A stretch of DNA of 64,000 nucleotides from Spirochaetia bacterium (GTDB taxonomy: Bacteria > Spirochaetota > Spirochaetia > UBA9216): contig OZ223269.1 of assembly GCA_965140585.1 (NCBI GenBank), positions 448,001 through 512,000 of the forward strand. Direction: 5' to 3'. Below are positions 19,373 to 29,694 of the stretch, one piece after another (position 1 is the stretch's first letter; every line of letters begins with the position of its first letter). The translations under genes were made by a program, and so were the position numbers. The notes below the pieces were generated by a model. The model was not told the origin of the DNA. It did not search any database and saw only the letters and a list, made by a program, of their open reading frames with translations.

Positions 19373-20605
19373 ATGGATAATCCATTACAGCTATCTTTGC
19401 AGACATTCCGAAAAGGCTCTTACATCATAGTAGAAGGTAAGCAGAAGGCTGACTATTTCTACATTATCCGCAGCGGAAAGGTGCGTGTAAGCAAGGAAGT
19501 TGAAATAGTAGAGGAAGTCGGCGGAAATATCCTCAATCCCGGTGACTTCTTCGGGGTTGTTTCCACTATGTCTTCACACAGCCATATTGAAACGGCGCAG
19601 GCTTTAACTGATGCTGCCCTTATCACGGTTCACCGTGAACAGTATGGACTTCTTATTGAACGTAATGCCCCTGTGGCTATGAAAATAATACAACAGTTTT
19701 CGCAGAAGATGCGCTATCTTGATGAGGCTCTTACACGCATTACTTTTAAAAGTATAGCTGTCGATGATTTATCCCATCTTTTTAAAGTCGCCGAATATTA
19801 TGCCAGACAGAGTCAGTACAATCAGGCTTACTATGCTTATCATCAGTATATAAAATATTGTCCCGACGGTGCTAATCTTAATGTAGCCAAGGAAAGAATG
19901 GCAAAAATACAGCCTTATTCCAAAGTTGTATATCTTGATGGTGATGACAAGAATTTTACAAGGACATATCCGAAAGATACAATGATTTTCAGTGAATCAC
20001 AGCCTGGCCAGGAGCTTTATATAATTCAGAAGGGCAGTGTCAAGATTACTAAAATCGTAAATGATAATGAGCAGCTTCTGGCGCTTCTGAAACCGGGGGA
20101 TATATTCGGTGAGATGTCACTTCTTGAAAACAAGCCCAGATCAGCTTCAGCCATTGCGCATGAAGAAACCGTTCTGATGGCGGTTAACAATGCCAACTTT
20201 AACCGGATGGTTGCAAGCCAGCCTCAGATTATATCGAAACTTACGCAGCTGCTTTCCGAAAGAATATGGTTTATCTACAAGCAGCTTGCCAATACCCAGC
20301 TTACAGATCCTCTTGGAAGGCTGTACGATGCACTTCTTATTCAGCTTGAAAAAATGAGGACACCGATAACTTCCGAACCCTTTACCTTTGATTTCGGTCC
20401 GCAGGAACTGATAAACCTTGTAGGTCTGCCTAAGGATGAAGGAAACGTTCATATCAGGAAGCTGTTTGAGAACTCAAAAATCAAGGTTGTTAACAACAAG
20501 ATACATCTGACAAGTACTGAAGAAGTTGAAAAGCAGGCAAAGTACTACCGGAAAATGGAGAGGATTGATAAGGCCAGAAAGAAAGGCTCAATTAACAACC
20601 TTTAA
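19373..20605 (+). CDS. Crp/Fnr-like protein: cNMP-TPR-cNMP-HTH-like
   Basis: Two cNMP barrels (second has GEMSLL...PRSASA), a TPR-like middle and a Crp-like C-terminus. Confidence 0.85.
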   Translation: MDNPLQLSLQTFRKGSYIIVEGKQKADYFYIIRSGKVRVSKEVEIVEEVGGNILNPGDFFGVVSTMSSHSHIETAQALTDAALITVHREQYGLLIERNAPVAMKIIQQFSQKMRYLDEALTRITFKSIAVDDLSHLFKVAEYYARQSQYNQAYYAYHQYIKYCPDGANLNVAKERMAKIQPYSKVVYLDGDDKNFTRTYPKDTMIFSESQPGQELYIIQKGSVKITKIVNDNEQLLALLKPGDIFGEMSLLENKPRSASAIAHEETVLMAVNNANFNRMVASQPQIISKLTQLLSERIWFIYKQLANTQLTDPLGRLYDALLIQLEKMRTPITSEPFTFDFGPQELINLVGLPKDEGNVHIRKLFENSKIKVVNNKIHLTSTEEVEKQAKYYRKMERIDKARKKGSINNL

Positions 20606-21307
20606 TTTTGAAATTACCGGAAAAAAACATTCTTTTCCGCTGATAATGCTGTCACCAAGCAGAGAACGTCTGAAAGACATTATAAGCTGCAGGCTATCCG
20701 GCTGGGCTGCTATGAATACAATGTTACCCTGAAGTGCAAGTTTCTCTGTGATCTTTTCTGAAACTCCGCTCACCGCGCCGTGAATGAAAATCTTATCGAA
20801 GGCAAGAATCTCATCGAATGCAGAAACATCCTGAGTTTCTGCAAGTCTGATATTGTCATAACCGTTTAAGGCGAATATCTCTGCATAGCTTGCAGCAGCA
20901 GATGACTCCTCAATAAGGAAGACTTCTCTACAGGTCCGCGATAAAAGCGCCGCTGCGTACCCGGCATTATTTCCGATGATTAGAATCCTGTCTGATGCCG
21001 AAGGCGAGAGAAGGTCAATGCATTCTGCAGTATCTGAGGCGGAAGGAAGAATGCTGCTGTCTGCCGCGGGGACAGGAATATCCTGATAAACAAGACGTCT
21101 GTATTTTTGTGATACAAAGCTGTGCCTCGGAACCTCAAGAAAGGCATTATAAACTGATGTCTGTATCAGTTTCCCCTGGCTGCGCAGTTCCGATGCCAGA
21201 TTAGCCCTGTCTTCCTGATAGTCAGTATCAGTATTGTTCTGAGCAAGGGAGGAAAAAGTAATTATTGTAAGAAGAATTGCTGCTGCAGCCGGTTTTCTGA
21301 ATCCCAT
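20588..21307 (-). CDS. Protein-L-isoaspartate O-methyltransferase (Pcm)-like protein, degenerate, with signal peptide
   Basis: AFLEVPRHSFV, VYQDIPVP, ILIIGNNAGYAAALL, FDKI. Start at ATG 21307 or GTG 21325. Confidence 0.75.
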   Translation of the reverse strand: MGFRKPAAAAILLTIITFSSLAQNNTDTDYQEDRANLASELRSQGKLIQTSVYNAFLEVPRHSFVSQKYRRLVYQDIPVPAADSSILPSASDTAECIDLLSPSASDRILIIGNNAGYAAALLSRTCREVFLIEESSAAASYAEIFALNGYDNIRLAETQDVSAFDEILAFDKIFIHGAVSGVSEKITEKLALQGNIVFIAAQPDSLQLIMSFRRSLLGDSIISGKECFFPVISKLKVVN

Positions 21308-21365
21308 AGATTTAGAATCTAACACAGATCAGCACTCAGGACAATATTGAATAAATCGATGCTGA

Positions 21366-21394
21366 TTGAAGCTTTATTCGTATTCTGGTAATAT
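21366..21394 (+). promoter_or_regulatory. Sigma70-type promoter of valS
   Basis: TTGAAG-17 bp-TAATAT with TG extension. Confidence 0.55.
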
Positions 21395-21431
21395 CTTTTT
21401 TCTGAATGATATATTTTTACCGGAGTAATTT

Positions 21432-24077
21432 ATGAGCACTGAAGAGATGGCAAAAGCCTTTAACCCTGAAGAATTTGAGGACAGAATTTATAAGTACTGG
21501 ATGGATAACGGTTATTTTAAACCGTCAGATTCAGATAAAGATCCCTTTGTTATTGTGATCCCTCCTCCAAATGTTACAGGTGTTCTGCATATGGGACACG
21601 GCCTGAACAACATTCTTCAGGATGTGCTTATTAGATATCACCGTATGTGCGGCCGCCCGGCTTTGTGGGTGCCGGGAACTGACCATGCAGGTATTGCAAC
21701 CCAGAATATTGTTGAGAAAAAACTCAGGGCTAAAGGGATTGAAAGAAGAGACCTCGGCCGGGAAAAATTTGTTGAAGAAACATGGAAGGTGAAGGAAGAA
21801 CATCACAGCATCATCAAAAAACAGCTGATGAAAATCGGTTCTTCCTGTGACTGGAGCCGTGAACGTTTTACTCTAGATGAAGGCTGTTCAAAGGCTGTAC
21901 GTGAAGTTTTTGTAGGGCTTCATGAAAGAGGCCTGGTGTATCAGGGGAATTACCTTGTTAACTGGTGCCCTTCCTGCGGAACCGCTCTTGCAGATGACGA
22001 AGTTGATCACAGTGAAGTAAACGGTAAGATGTACCATTACTTTTATCCGCTTGCTGATGGAAGCGGTCAGCTTGAAATCGCTACAACAAGACCCGAAACA
22101 ATGCTTGGAGATACTGCTGTCGCAGTAAATCCGGAGGATGACCGTTATAAACATCTTATAGGAAAACAGTTGAAGCTCCCGCTTTCAGACCGTATTATTC
22201 CTGTTATTGGTGATTCCTATGTTTCTATGGAATTCGGAACCGGAGCGGTTAAAATTACTCCGGCACATGATCCGAATGACTGGGAAATTGGAAACCGGCA
22301 TAACCTTGAAAAGATTAACATCCTCAATGATGACGGGACTCTGAATGACAGAGTTCCTGAAAAATACAGGGGCATGGATGCAAAGACTGCCAGAAAGGCT
22401 GTTGTCGAAGATATAAAGGCTCTTGGACTGTATTTAAAGGATGAGGAACATAAACACCAGGTAGGTCACTGCTACCGATGTGATACAGTTGTTGAACCCT
22501 ACGTTTCAAGGCAGTGGTTTGTTTCCATGAATAAAATGGCAGATATGGCACTTAAGGTCTGGGAAGACAGCGAAGTAATCTTCTACCCGAAGAAATGGGA
22601 GAATACATATAAGCACTGGCTATCCAATATCCGGGACTGGTGTATTTCAAGACAGCTATGGTGGGGACACCGGATACCGGTATGGTATTGTGATGACTGC
22701 GGCGAAATGATGGTTGAACGTGATGATCCGGAAACATGTAAGAAATGCGGCAGCACTAACATCAGGCAGGATGAAGATGTTCTTGATACCTGGTTCTCTT
22801 CATGGCTCTGGCCTTTCTCAACTCTCGGCTGGCCTGAAAAGACAGCAGATCTTGACCGGTTCTTTCCTACAAGCACACTGGTTACTGGATACGACATCAT
22901 TTTCTTCTGGGTTGCCCGAATGATTATGTCCTCGCTTGAGTTTATGGATAAGGCCCCATTCAGAGATATTTATATCACCGGGCTTGTACGTGACAGACAG
23001 GGGCGTAAAATGTCCAAATCGCTCGGTAACGGTCTTGATCCGCTTGAGATTGTTTCTGAATATGGTGCTGATGCCCTGAAGTTTACCATGGCATTTCTTT
23101 CAGCTCAGGGACAGGATATCCTGATAGACAAGGAATCGTTCAAGCTTGGCTCAAAATTCGCCAATAAGGTATGGAATGCCTCACGCTATATTCTTATGAA
23201 TGTTGAAGGCAGAAAGATTATTGATATCGATAATATTGAGCTGAAAGAAGTTGATAAGTGGATACTTCACCGTCTGAATGAAAGAACTGCCGCTGCACAC
23301 GAAGCACTTGCAGTTTACAGATTCAATGATTTTGCCCAGGCAGGCTATGAGTTTTTCTGGAATGATTTCTGTGACTGGTACATTGAAGCTTCAAAGATGT
23401 CTCTGTATTCAAAGGATGAAGCCGAGAAGGACAGGGCAATTTCAATGCTGGTATATGTTCTTGGTCAGGCTTTGAAGCTTCTTCATCCCTACCTGTCATT
23501 TATAACAGAGGAAATCTATCAGAAGCTGCCTTTTGAGAAAAAGGCACTGATTATTGAAGATTACCCGGTGCATGAAGAGAAGTTCAATTTTCCTGAATCT
23601 GCTGCTTCTTTCGCCCTGCTTCAGGATCTTATAAGGGGTATTCGAACCCTCAGGTCTGAATTTACCATTCCGCCGGAGAAGAAGATTCCGGTAACTGTAG
23701 TGATGGATGAGGGCTTTGCCTCAGAGGAGTTCTTCAGGACTCACGAACCTCTTATTGCTCAGTTTGTGAATACCGACAAGCTTATTCTTGCCAGCGGCAA
23801 AGCTGATATCAGCGGAAGTGTAGCATCAGCCGGACAGGGATTTGAAGCCTATGCCTTTATACGTGAGGCAGTTGATATGGAAAAAGAGCTCGATAAACTT
23901 AAGAAAGAAAAAGACAAGCTTGCCAAGCTAATCAAGCAGACTGAGGGCAAGTTAGGAAATTCAAAATTTCTTGATAATGCACCTGATGATGTTATAGACA
24001 AGGAAAAAGGGAAACTTGCCGAGTTTACCGAACGCAATGACCGGATTAACTTTTTCATCAAAGAACTCGAAAGATAA
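21432..24077 (+). CDS. valS: Valine--tRNA ligase
   Basis: PPPNVTGVLHMGH, DHAGIATQ, DWCISRQLWWGH, KMSKS, C-terminal coiled coil. Confidence 0.98.
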   Translation: MSTEEMAKAFNPEEFEDRIYKYWMDNGYFKPSDSDKDPFVIVIPPPNVTGVLHMGHGLNNILQDVLIRYHRMCGRPALWVPGTDHAGIATQNIVEKKLRAKGIERRDLGREKFVEETWKVKEEHHSIIKKQLMKIGSSCDWSRERFTLDEGCSKAVREVFVGLHERGLVYQGNYLVNWCPSCGTALADDEVDHSEVNGKMYHYFYPLADGSGQLEIATTRPETMLGDTAVAVNPEDDRYKHLIGKQLKLPLSDRIIPVIGDSYVSMEFGTGAVKITPAHDPNDWEIGNRHNLEKINILNDDGTLNDRVPEKYRGMDAKTARKAVVEDIKALGLYLKDEEHKHQVGHCYRCDTVVEPYVSRQWFVSMNKMADMALKVWEDSEVIFYPKKWENTYKHWLSNIRDWCISRQLWWGHRIPVWYCDDCGEMMVERDDPETCKKCGSTNIRQDEDVLDTWFSSWLWPFSTLGWPEKTADLDRFFPTSTLVTGYDIIFFWVARMIMSSLEFMDKAPFRDIYITGLVRDRQGRKMSKSLGNGLDPLEIVSEYGADALKFTMAFLSAQGQDILIDKESFKLGSKFANKVWNASRYILMNVEGRKIIDIDNIELKEVDKWILHRLNERTAAAHEALAVYRFNDFAQAGYEFFWNDFCDWYIEASKMSLYSKDEAEKDRAISMLVYVLGQALKLLHPYLSFITEEIYQKLPFEKKALIIEDYPVHEEKFNFPESAASFALLQDLIRGIRTLRSEFTIPPEKKIPVTVVMDEGFASEEFFRTHEPLIAQFVNTDKLILASGKADISGSVASAGQGFEAYAFIREAVDMEKELDKLKKEKDKLAKLIKQTEGKLGNSKFLDNAPDDVIDKEKGKLAEFTERNDRINFFIKELER

Positions 24078-24087
24078 AGCCTTCTAC

Positions 24088-24813
24088 ATGGGAAAGAAAG
24101 TTCTTTTTATTAGAAATATAGAGCGTGAGACCCCTGGTCTCGCGCTTGATGTTCTTAATGAGATGAAAATACCATTTGTAATGATAGATGCGGGTGAAGC
24201 AGCGATTGCCGGATATCCGGATTTATCAGATCTTCTGGCTGTTGTGATCCTGGGCGGTCCTGACAGTGCTAATGACAAAAATCAAAAAATAATAGCTGAA
24301 CTCGATTTTATAAAAAAATCCATAGACGCCGGTATTCCTTACCTCGGCATTTGTCTTGGAATGCAGATGCTGGTTAAGGTTTGCGGAGGGCAGGTAGTTA
24401 AAGCCCCGGAAAAAGAAACTGCTTTTAAGCACGATAACGGGAACCTTTACTTTGTAGCCCGGGCTGCCGGTTTTGTCGATGAGCCTCTTTTCCAAAACCT
24501 TGGTGATCGTTTCAGAGTTTTCCAGCTTCATGGCGAAACTGTCGAACTTCCTGAATCGGTTGAGCTGATCGGTGAAGGTCATGGCGTCAGCTGCAGAAAC
24601 CAGATTGTAAAATACAAAGAATCAGCCTATGGAATACAATGTCATTTTGAGATGAATGATTCTCTGTTCGAACGTCTGCTTGATGAAGATGAAGATCTAA
24701 GCAGGATGAACAGAGCGACGCTTGTAAGTGACTTTACCGAAATCAGTGAAGAATACACTCTAACTGGTAAGACTATTTTTAAAAACTTCTTCAGTCTCTG
24801 CCTCTGTAAATAA
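24088..24813 (+). CDS. Type 1 glutamine amidotransferase-like protein
   Basis: ILGGP, GICLGMQ, QCHFE (Cys-His-Glu intact). Start moved to ATG 24088. Confidence 0.88.
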   Translation: MGKKVLFIRNIERETPGLALDVLNEMKIPFVMIDAGEAAIAGYPDLSDLLAVVILGGPDSANDKNQKIIAELDFIKKSIDAGIPYLGICLGMQMLVKVCGGQVVKAPEKETAFKHDNGNLYFVARAAGFVDEPLFQNLGDRFRVFQLHGETVELPESVELIGEGHGVSCRNQIVKYKESAYGIQCHFEMNDSLFERLLDEDEDLSRMNRATLVSDFTEISEEYTLTGKTIFKNFFSLCLCK

Positions 24814-24916
24814 TCCGCTGATTTGTAAACTGTGTAAATTCTCAAAGAATCTCCATTGTGTTATTCAGAAAACGATTTTAAAATGAATTGTTATAAAAAT
24901 TGATCGAGGATATTCT

Positions 24917-25852
24917 ATGAAATACGGATTATGCAGTTCTGTGATGGATAATATATCAAAGGCTGTGGTAGGTAAAAAGGAAGCCATTGAACTTGTTATA
25001 GTTGCATTACTTGCAGAGGGGCATGTTCTTCTTGAAGATGTGCCCGGACAGGGGAAAACCCTTTTATCAAAAGCTCTTGCAAAAAGCATCGACGGTGTAT
25101 ATAAACGCATCCAGTTCACTCCGGATCTCCTTCCGTCTGATATAACCGGTTTTAATATCTATAACCAGAAAAGCGGCGCTTTTACCTATCAGCCCGGACC
25201 TGTGATGTCTAATATTCTTCTTGCTGATGAAATCAACAGGACAATCCCACGTACACAGTCCAGCCTGCTTGAAAGTATGGAGGAGAGGCAAATTACCGTG
25301 GACGGACAGACTATGGAGCTTCCGAGTCCTTTTTTTGTAATAGCCACTCAGAACCCGATTGAGCAGGAAGGAACTTTTCCGTTGCCGGAAGCACAGCTGG
25401 ATCGCTTTCTTTTGAAGATAAATCTTGGTTATCCGGATAAAGAGGAAGAAATTGAAATAATGAACCGATTTCAGCAGGATGACCCCCTTCAGCATATATC
25501 TGCTGTTATTTCGCCGCGGGAGCTGGTGCTGCTTCAGCAGGAAAGACAGAGCATAAGGGTGTCTGAACCTGTGAAGGAATATATAGCAGATATAACCGGA
25601 GCTACACGAAACAGTTCCTATCTGAAATACGGAGCCAGCCCCAGAGGCGCACTGGGCCTTTTGCGTGCCGGCCAGGCTCTGGCAGCATTACGAGGCCGGG
25701 ATTTTGTTCTGCCTGATGATATTAAGGCACTCGCAGCCCCTGTAATATGCCATCGTCTTATACTTAAAGATGAACAAAGAATTAAAGGTATGACAGCCAT
25801 GGATGTGCTCGGCGGCATACTCGATGAAGTCCCTGTATCAGTAAATATTTAA
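24917..25852 (+). CDS. MoxR family AAA+ ATPase
   Basis: GHVLLEDVPGQGKT, RIQFTPDLLPSD, LADEINR, ATQNPIE, LPEAQLDRF. Confidence 0.95.
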   Translation: MKYGLCSSVMDNISKAVVGKKEAIELVIVALLAEGHVLLEDVPGQGKTLLSKALAKSIDGVYKRIQFTPDLLPSDITGFNIYNQKSGAFTYQPGPVMSNILLADEINRTIPRTQSSLLESMEERQITVDGQTMELPSPFFVIATQNPIEQEGTFPLPEAQLDRFLLKINLGYPDKEEEIEIMNRFQQDDPLQHISAVISPRELVLLQQERQSIRVSEPVKEYIADITGATRNSSYLKYGASPRGALGLLRAGQALAALRGRDFVLPDDIKALAAPVICHRLILKDEQRIKGMTAMDVLGGILDEVPVSVNI

Positions 25853-25853
25853 G

Positions 25854-27038
25854 ATGTCCGAAAAGCCAAATGATACTATTTCTGTTATCGCTCTTCCATT
25901 AATTCTTCTGGCGGCAGCTGTTTTTCTCTTTTCCGGTCTGCTTCGAATGGACCGGGATATGGTTCTGTTTACAGCCGGTATTCTTTGCCTTGTAATAATA
26001 ATAAAAATATGGAGTATACTCAGTTTAAAAAATCTTGAATGCAGACTGCTTACCGGAACAGGCAGGTATTTCCGGGGTGATTTTCTTAAGATAGAGGCTG
26101 AGGTGTTTAACCGTAAAATACTCCCTGTCGCAGTAAAAATAAGTCTGCCGGCTGAATCAGCCGGTGTAAGTTTCTGTGACGGTAAGAATGTATCTTCTAC
26201 TGCAGGCCTGCTCTGGTATCAGAGGGTCAAGTTTGAATGGAATATGATTGCCGAAAAACGCGGAATATTTAAGATTGGTCCGGTTAAAATCTCAGGAGGA
26301 GATTTTTTCGGATTTTACATTAAAGAACACACGGCATCTTCCTTTGATGTCACAATTTATCCAAGAATCCTTCCTGTTAAGCTCCCTCTTATACAGGCGG
26401 GCGATTTGTTCGGAAAAGCCGGTAAAAAAAATCCGGTTCAGGACCCAGTTTATATACTCGGCACAAGGGAGTATCAGCACTGGCAGCCGGCCAGAAATAT
26501 ACACTGGAAGGCCAGCGCGAGGTACAGTCATTTGATGGAAAAGATATTTGATCCTTCCGAGCAGGAGAAGGTAGTTCTTCTACTGGATTCACAGGGATTT
26601 TCAGAAGCTGAAGATGACTTATTATTTGAAAAAGCTGTTGAAACTGCAGCTTCTGTTTTATATGAGATGGACAGGATGGGGTTTATTACAGGCTTCATAA
26701 CAAATTCTGTCATAAGGGGCAGCCGGAGCCGTATTGTAAGGCCGGGAAGAAATATAAGTCATATAATCTCAATACTGGAAACTATGGCTGCAATGGAACA
26801 GGAGACAGAGTGCAGCATAATGGAACTGCTGGATAGCGGTTACAGGTTTAATTCATCGGTAAGTCTCGTCGCAGTTGGCTTCAGCTTGCTTAATCTGCAG
26901 CCTTTAAAAGAAAACTGCTTAAGCCGGGGTATACCATTCACCGGTATAACCGCCTGCAGTGAAGCTGAAAACAATGAGAAGTTTAATGATTTATTTACCC
27001 TGAGCGACGTTCTTGATGTCGAGGTACAGCAGCTGTGA
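25854..27038 (+). CDS. DUF58 domain protein
   Basis: RGIFKIGP, VTIYP, REY...IHWKASAR; directly follows moxR. Confidence 0.85.
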   Translation: MSEKPNDTISVIALPLILLAAAVFLFSGLLRMDRDMVLFTAGILCLVIIIKIWSILSLKNLECRLLTGTGRYFRGDFLKIEAEVFNRKILPVAVKISLPAESAGVSFCDGKNVSSTAGLLWYQRVKFEWNMIAEKRGIFKIGPVKISGGDFFGFYIKEHTASSFDVTIYPRILPVKLPLIQAGDLFGKAGKKNPVQDPVYILGTREYQHWQPARNIHWKASARYSHLMEKIFDPSEQEKVVLLLDSQGFSEAEDDLLFEKAVETAASVLYEMDRMGFITGFITNSVIRGSRSRIVRPGRNISHIISILETMAAMEQETECSIMELLDSGYRFNSSVSLVAVGFSLLNLQPLKENCLSRGIPFTGITACSEAENNEKFNDLFTLSDVLDVEVQQL

Positions 27039-28441
27039 GCTATAATCGGAAACTCTACGCAGCCGGCTTCAGCGGAGTAAGCGGATTCCTCTGGCGTTAT
27101 GCTGCGGTTTATTTCACAATGCTTGCTTCAGCGGGTGAGCATTTCCCCTTTTTCTATGCACTGCTGTTTTATACATCTGCTTTTTCAGTGTCTGTGTTAA
27201 GCCGGGGCAGGGGGTACAGGCTGATATCCTTGTTTCTTGTACAGCTTGTTCTCTTTCTGTTTCTTAATACAGTTTATATTCATGATTATTATCATATTTC
27301 CCCGCCCTTATTCAGCTTGAACTGGTATGGGATATTCTTCAGCATTCAGCGAAGTATTTCAGAGTGGTTCTTTTTACTTTTGAACATATTTGCTGTCGTA
27401 TTTTTGTGGATTTCAGGAATATCAGTATCTTCAAAAAAGACGGATTATGCCCGTAGCTGTGGTATTCTTGATGCCGGGGCTGCTGTTTTTTTTATTATTT
27501 TCCTTTTGAAGATGGTATTGCGTACTAGAGCAGATGTTGTAATTACCGATACAAAATTAATACGACTGTTTTTCGCTTTTTTTATTTTCAGCCTTTCTTC
27601 AATTATTTTAACAAGAGAGTTTTCAGATGCCGGAAAAACTTTTATAAACAGTCATCGCGGAACGGGAGCTGTTCTGCTGGCAGCAGTAGTCATGCTTGTT
27701 TTAGTCTCTATAATTTTTCTTATCCTAATGCCGGAATTAAATTCAGCAGCTCAGTCGGGATTCAGGGTTCTTAAACAGGCTTCAGTACCTGCCGGTGATA
27801 TACTTGCCCGTTTACTTCGGTTTCTTTTTTTCAGGAAAACCGCCCGTACCGACAGCGCCGCATCCGGAGCAGGTGATGGTTCCGGAAATGCCGGGCCTAT
27901 AGCTGACGGCTCCGGAGACGAGTCAATTTTTGTTACGGTCATTATCTGGATACTCGGGATTCTTGTCGCCGCCGCAGTTTTAATTGCAGCTGCCGTCTTT
28001 CTTTGGGTGGCGCTTAAAAAACTTTTCGCCCGTTCCGCCGTAAAAGAAAAATCAGATTCAGGTTCCCTACTGTCAAAACTTGTTCGATTAATTATTCAGG
28101 CAGCAACAAGGCTGGTTTACAGAATTAAACACTTGCTAATGAAAAAAGCTGAATCTGATAAAACAGTTGAATCTGTTTATGCTCAGTTTTTGACATGGGG
28201 CAGGCGAGGCGGTGTTCCCCGTGCAGTTAATGAAACCCCTCTGGAGTATAATGCAAGGCTGACTGAAGTATATGATTTTGCAGGCAGAGACATAGATTAT
28301 ATCACTGAGAACTATATTAATAGGGTTTATGCAGAATTATCTCCTGACCAGTCTCAGGTTGATGCAGTTGTCAGTGCATTGAAGAAATTACAAAAACCGG
28401 GGCATATACCTAAGCGGCTGAGAGTCTGGCTGAAAAGATAG
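27035..28441 (+). CDS. Polytopic membrane protein with C-terminal DUF4129-like domain
   Basis: Multiple TM helices; PRAVNETPLEY...YINRVYA; third gene of the MoxR operon. Confidence 0.75.
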   Translation: MSYNRKLYAAGFSGVSGFLWRYAAVYFTMLASAGEHFPFFYALLFYTSAFSVSVLSRGRGYRLISLFLVQLVLFLFLNTVYIHDYYHISPPLFSLNWYGIFFSIQRSISEWFFLLLNIFAVVFLWISGISVSSKKTDYARSCGILDAGAAVFFIIFLLKMVLRTRADVVITDTKLIRLFFAFFIFSLSSIILTREFSDAGKTFINSHRGTGAVLLAAVVMLVLVSIIFLILMPELNSAAQSGFRVLKQASVPAGDILARLLRFLFFRKTARTDSAASGAGDGSGNAGPIADGSGDESIFVTVIIWILGILVAAAVLIAAAVFLWVALKKLFARSAVKEKSDSGSLLSKLVRLIIQAATRLVYRIKHLLMKKAESDKTVESVYAQFLTWGRRGGVPRAVNETPLEYNARLTEVYDFAGRDIDYITENYINRVYAELSPDQSQVDAVVSALKKLQKPGHIPKRLRVWLKR

Positions 28442-28446
28442 AAAAA

Positions 28447-29685
28447 TCAGCGTTTTCGGCTCATCTCAACACGGTTGCGGCCGTTCTTTTTGGCTGTGTA
28501 CAGGGCTGTATCTGCGTTCTTGAGTACATCGAAAGAACTTATCGCTGATTTACCAGGTTCAGCAACTCCGGCGCTGATATTTATTTCAACCTTCTTCGCA
28601 GGTATGCCTGTTTTATTCCTTCCGGATTTTTTCCGGTTTTTTGAATCCTGTCTTATATAAAAACAATGGTCTGCGAGAGACTTTCTTGCTTCATCCATCA
28701 GAGTCGCAGCTTGTTTTAATTCAATTCTTCTGAATATTACACAAAACTCTTCGCCGCCGTACCTGTAGGCACTGCGTCCGAAATGACTGTAGAGAATTTT
28801 TGCGACAAGTCTGAGCACATTATCTCCGGAGTCATGGCCGTAGGTATCATTGAAGCTTTTAAAATGATCAATATCAGCCATCGAAAGAGTGTAGGCTCTG
28901 TTTAATTTATGCATTCGCTCATCCAGAGCCCTGCGGTTTAAAAGACCAGTAAGTTCATCTATATATGAGTTGTCCCAATATATTCTGTAAAGAGAGTGAA
29001 GCTGAATAATACCCGCAGTCAGGAAACTGAGATCGTAAAGAAAAGCATTGAAATCCAGTAATGCAGGAATGCTTATCATAATCATGGAAGCTGAAACCGC
29101 AGGGGCAAATGTGCAAGTACGTCGGCTGCCTGTAATAAGAGGCAGAGCTGCTGGAAATAATGAGAATAAAAGTGCTGCCGCCTCAAGGCTGTGAAGCGGC
29201 AGATTCACAAGAATATCGGTGTGTACAGAAGCCGCTCCGGGATAAAAACCGCTTAATAAAAAAACTCCGGCTGTAAGGGCAATTCTTGGAATTAACAACG
29301 AATATCTGCCAATACGGTCTGGGACTGAGAAAACTAAAGCGTACGCCAAAGGAAAAAGAAGGGAAATGCTGTAAAATCCATTAGGAGATGTTTTAAATGA
29401 TTCCGGCAAAACCTTACCTGTAAGGGGCAGTAGTACATTCACCAGCGGTCCTGCTGAAGAAATAAGAAGCATGGTCAGGCACAACAGAACTATTCTCGTC
29501 TCGGCTGTTCGATATGCAAGAAAGGCTGAAATGATAAACAATACAGGAATAAAGAGGCTGATCTTCTGGTAGACACTTAAAACTACTTCATTCTCCAGGA
29601 TAGCAGATGAGAAAAATGAAATAATTAGAGTTATTGAAATAAGTATGACGTAAATTGAGTACTGTCTGATATCATATTTCTGCAC
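28447..29685 (-). CDS. Membrane-bound diguanylate cyclase
   Basis: About 8 TM helices, DELTGLLNRR, DIDHFKSFNDTYGH, RYGGEEF, ADTALYTAK. No RxxD I-site. Confidence 0.92.
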   Translation of the reverse strand: MQKYDIRQYSIYVILISITLIISFFSSAILENEVVLSVYQKISLFIPVLFIISAFLAYRTAETRIVLLCLTMLLISSAGPLVNVLLPLTGKVLPESFKTSPNGFYSISLLFPLAYALVFSVPDRIGRYSLLIPRIALTAGVFLLSGFYPGAASVHTDILVNLPLHSLEAAALLFSLFPAALPLITGSRRTCTFAPAVSASMIMISIPALLDFNAFLYDLSFLTAGIIQLHSLYRIYWDNSYIDELTGLLNRRALDERMHKLNRAYTLSMADIDHFKSFNDTYGHDSGDNVLRLVAKILYSHFGRSAYRYGGEEFCVIFRRIELKQAATLMDEARKSLADHCFYIRQDSKNRKKSGRNKTGIPAKKVEINISAGVAEPGKSAISSFDVLKNADTALYTAKKNGRNRVEMSRKR

Positions 29686-29694
29686 AGGAGATGA

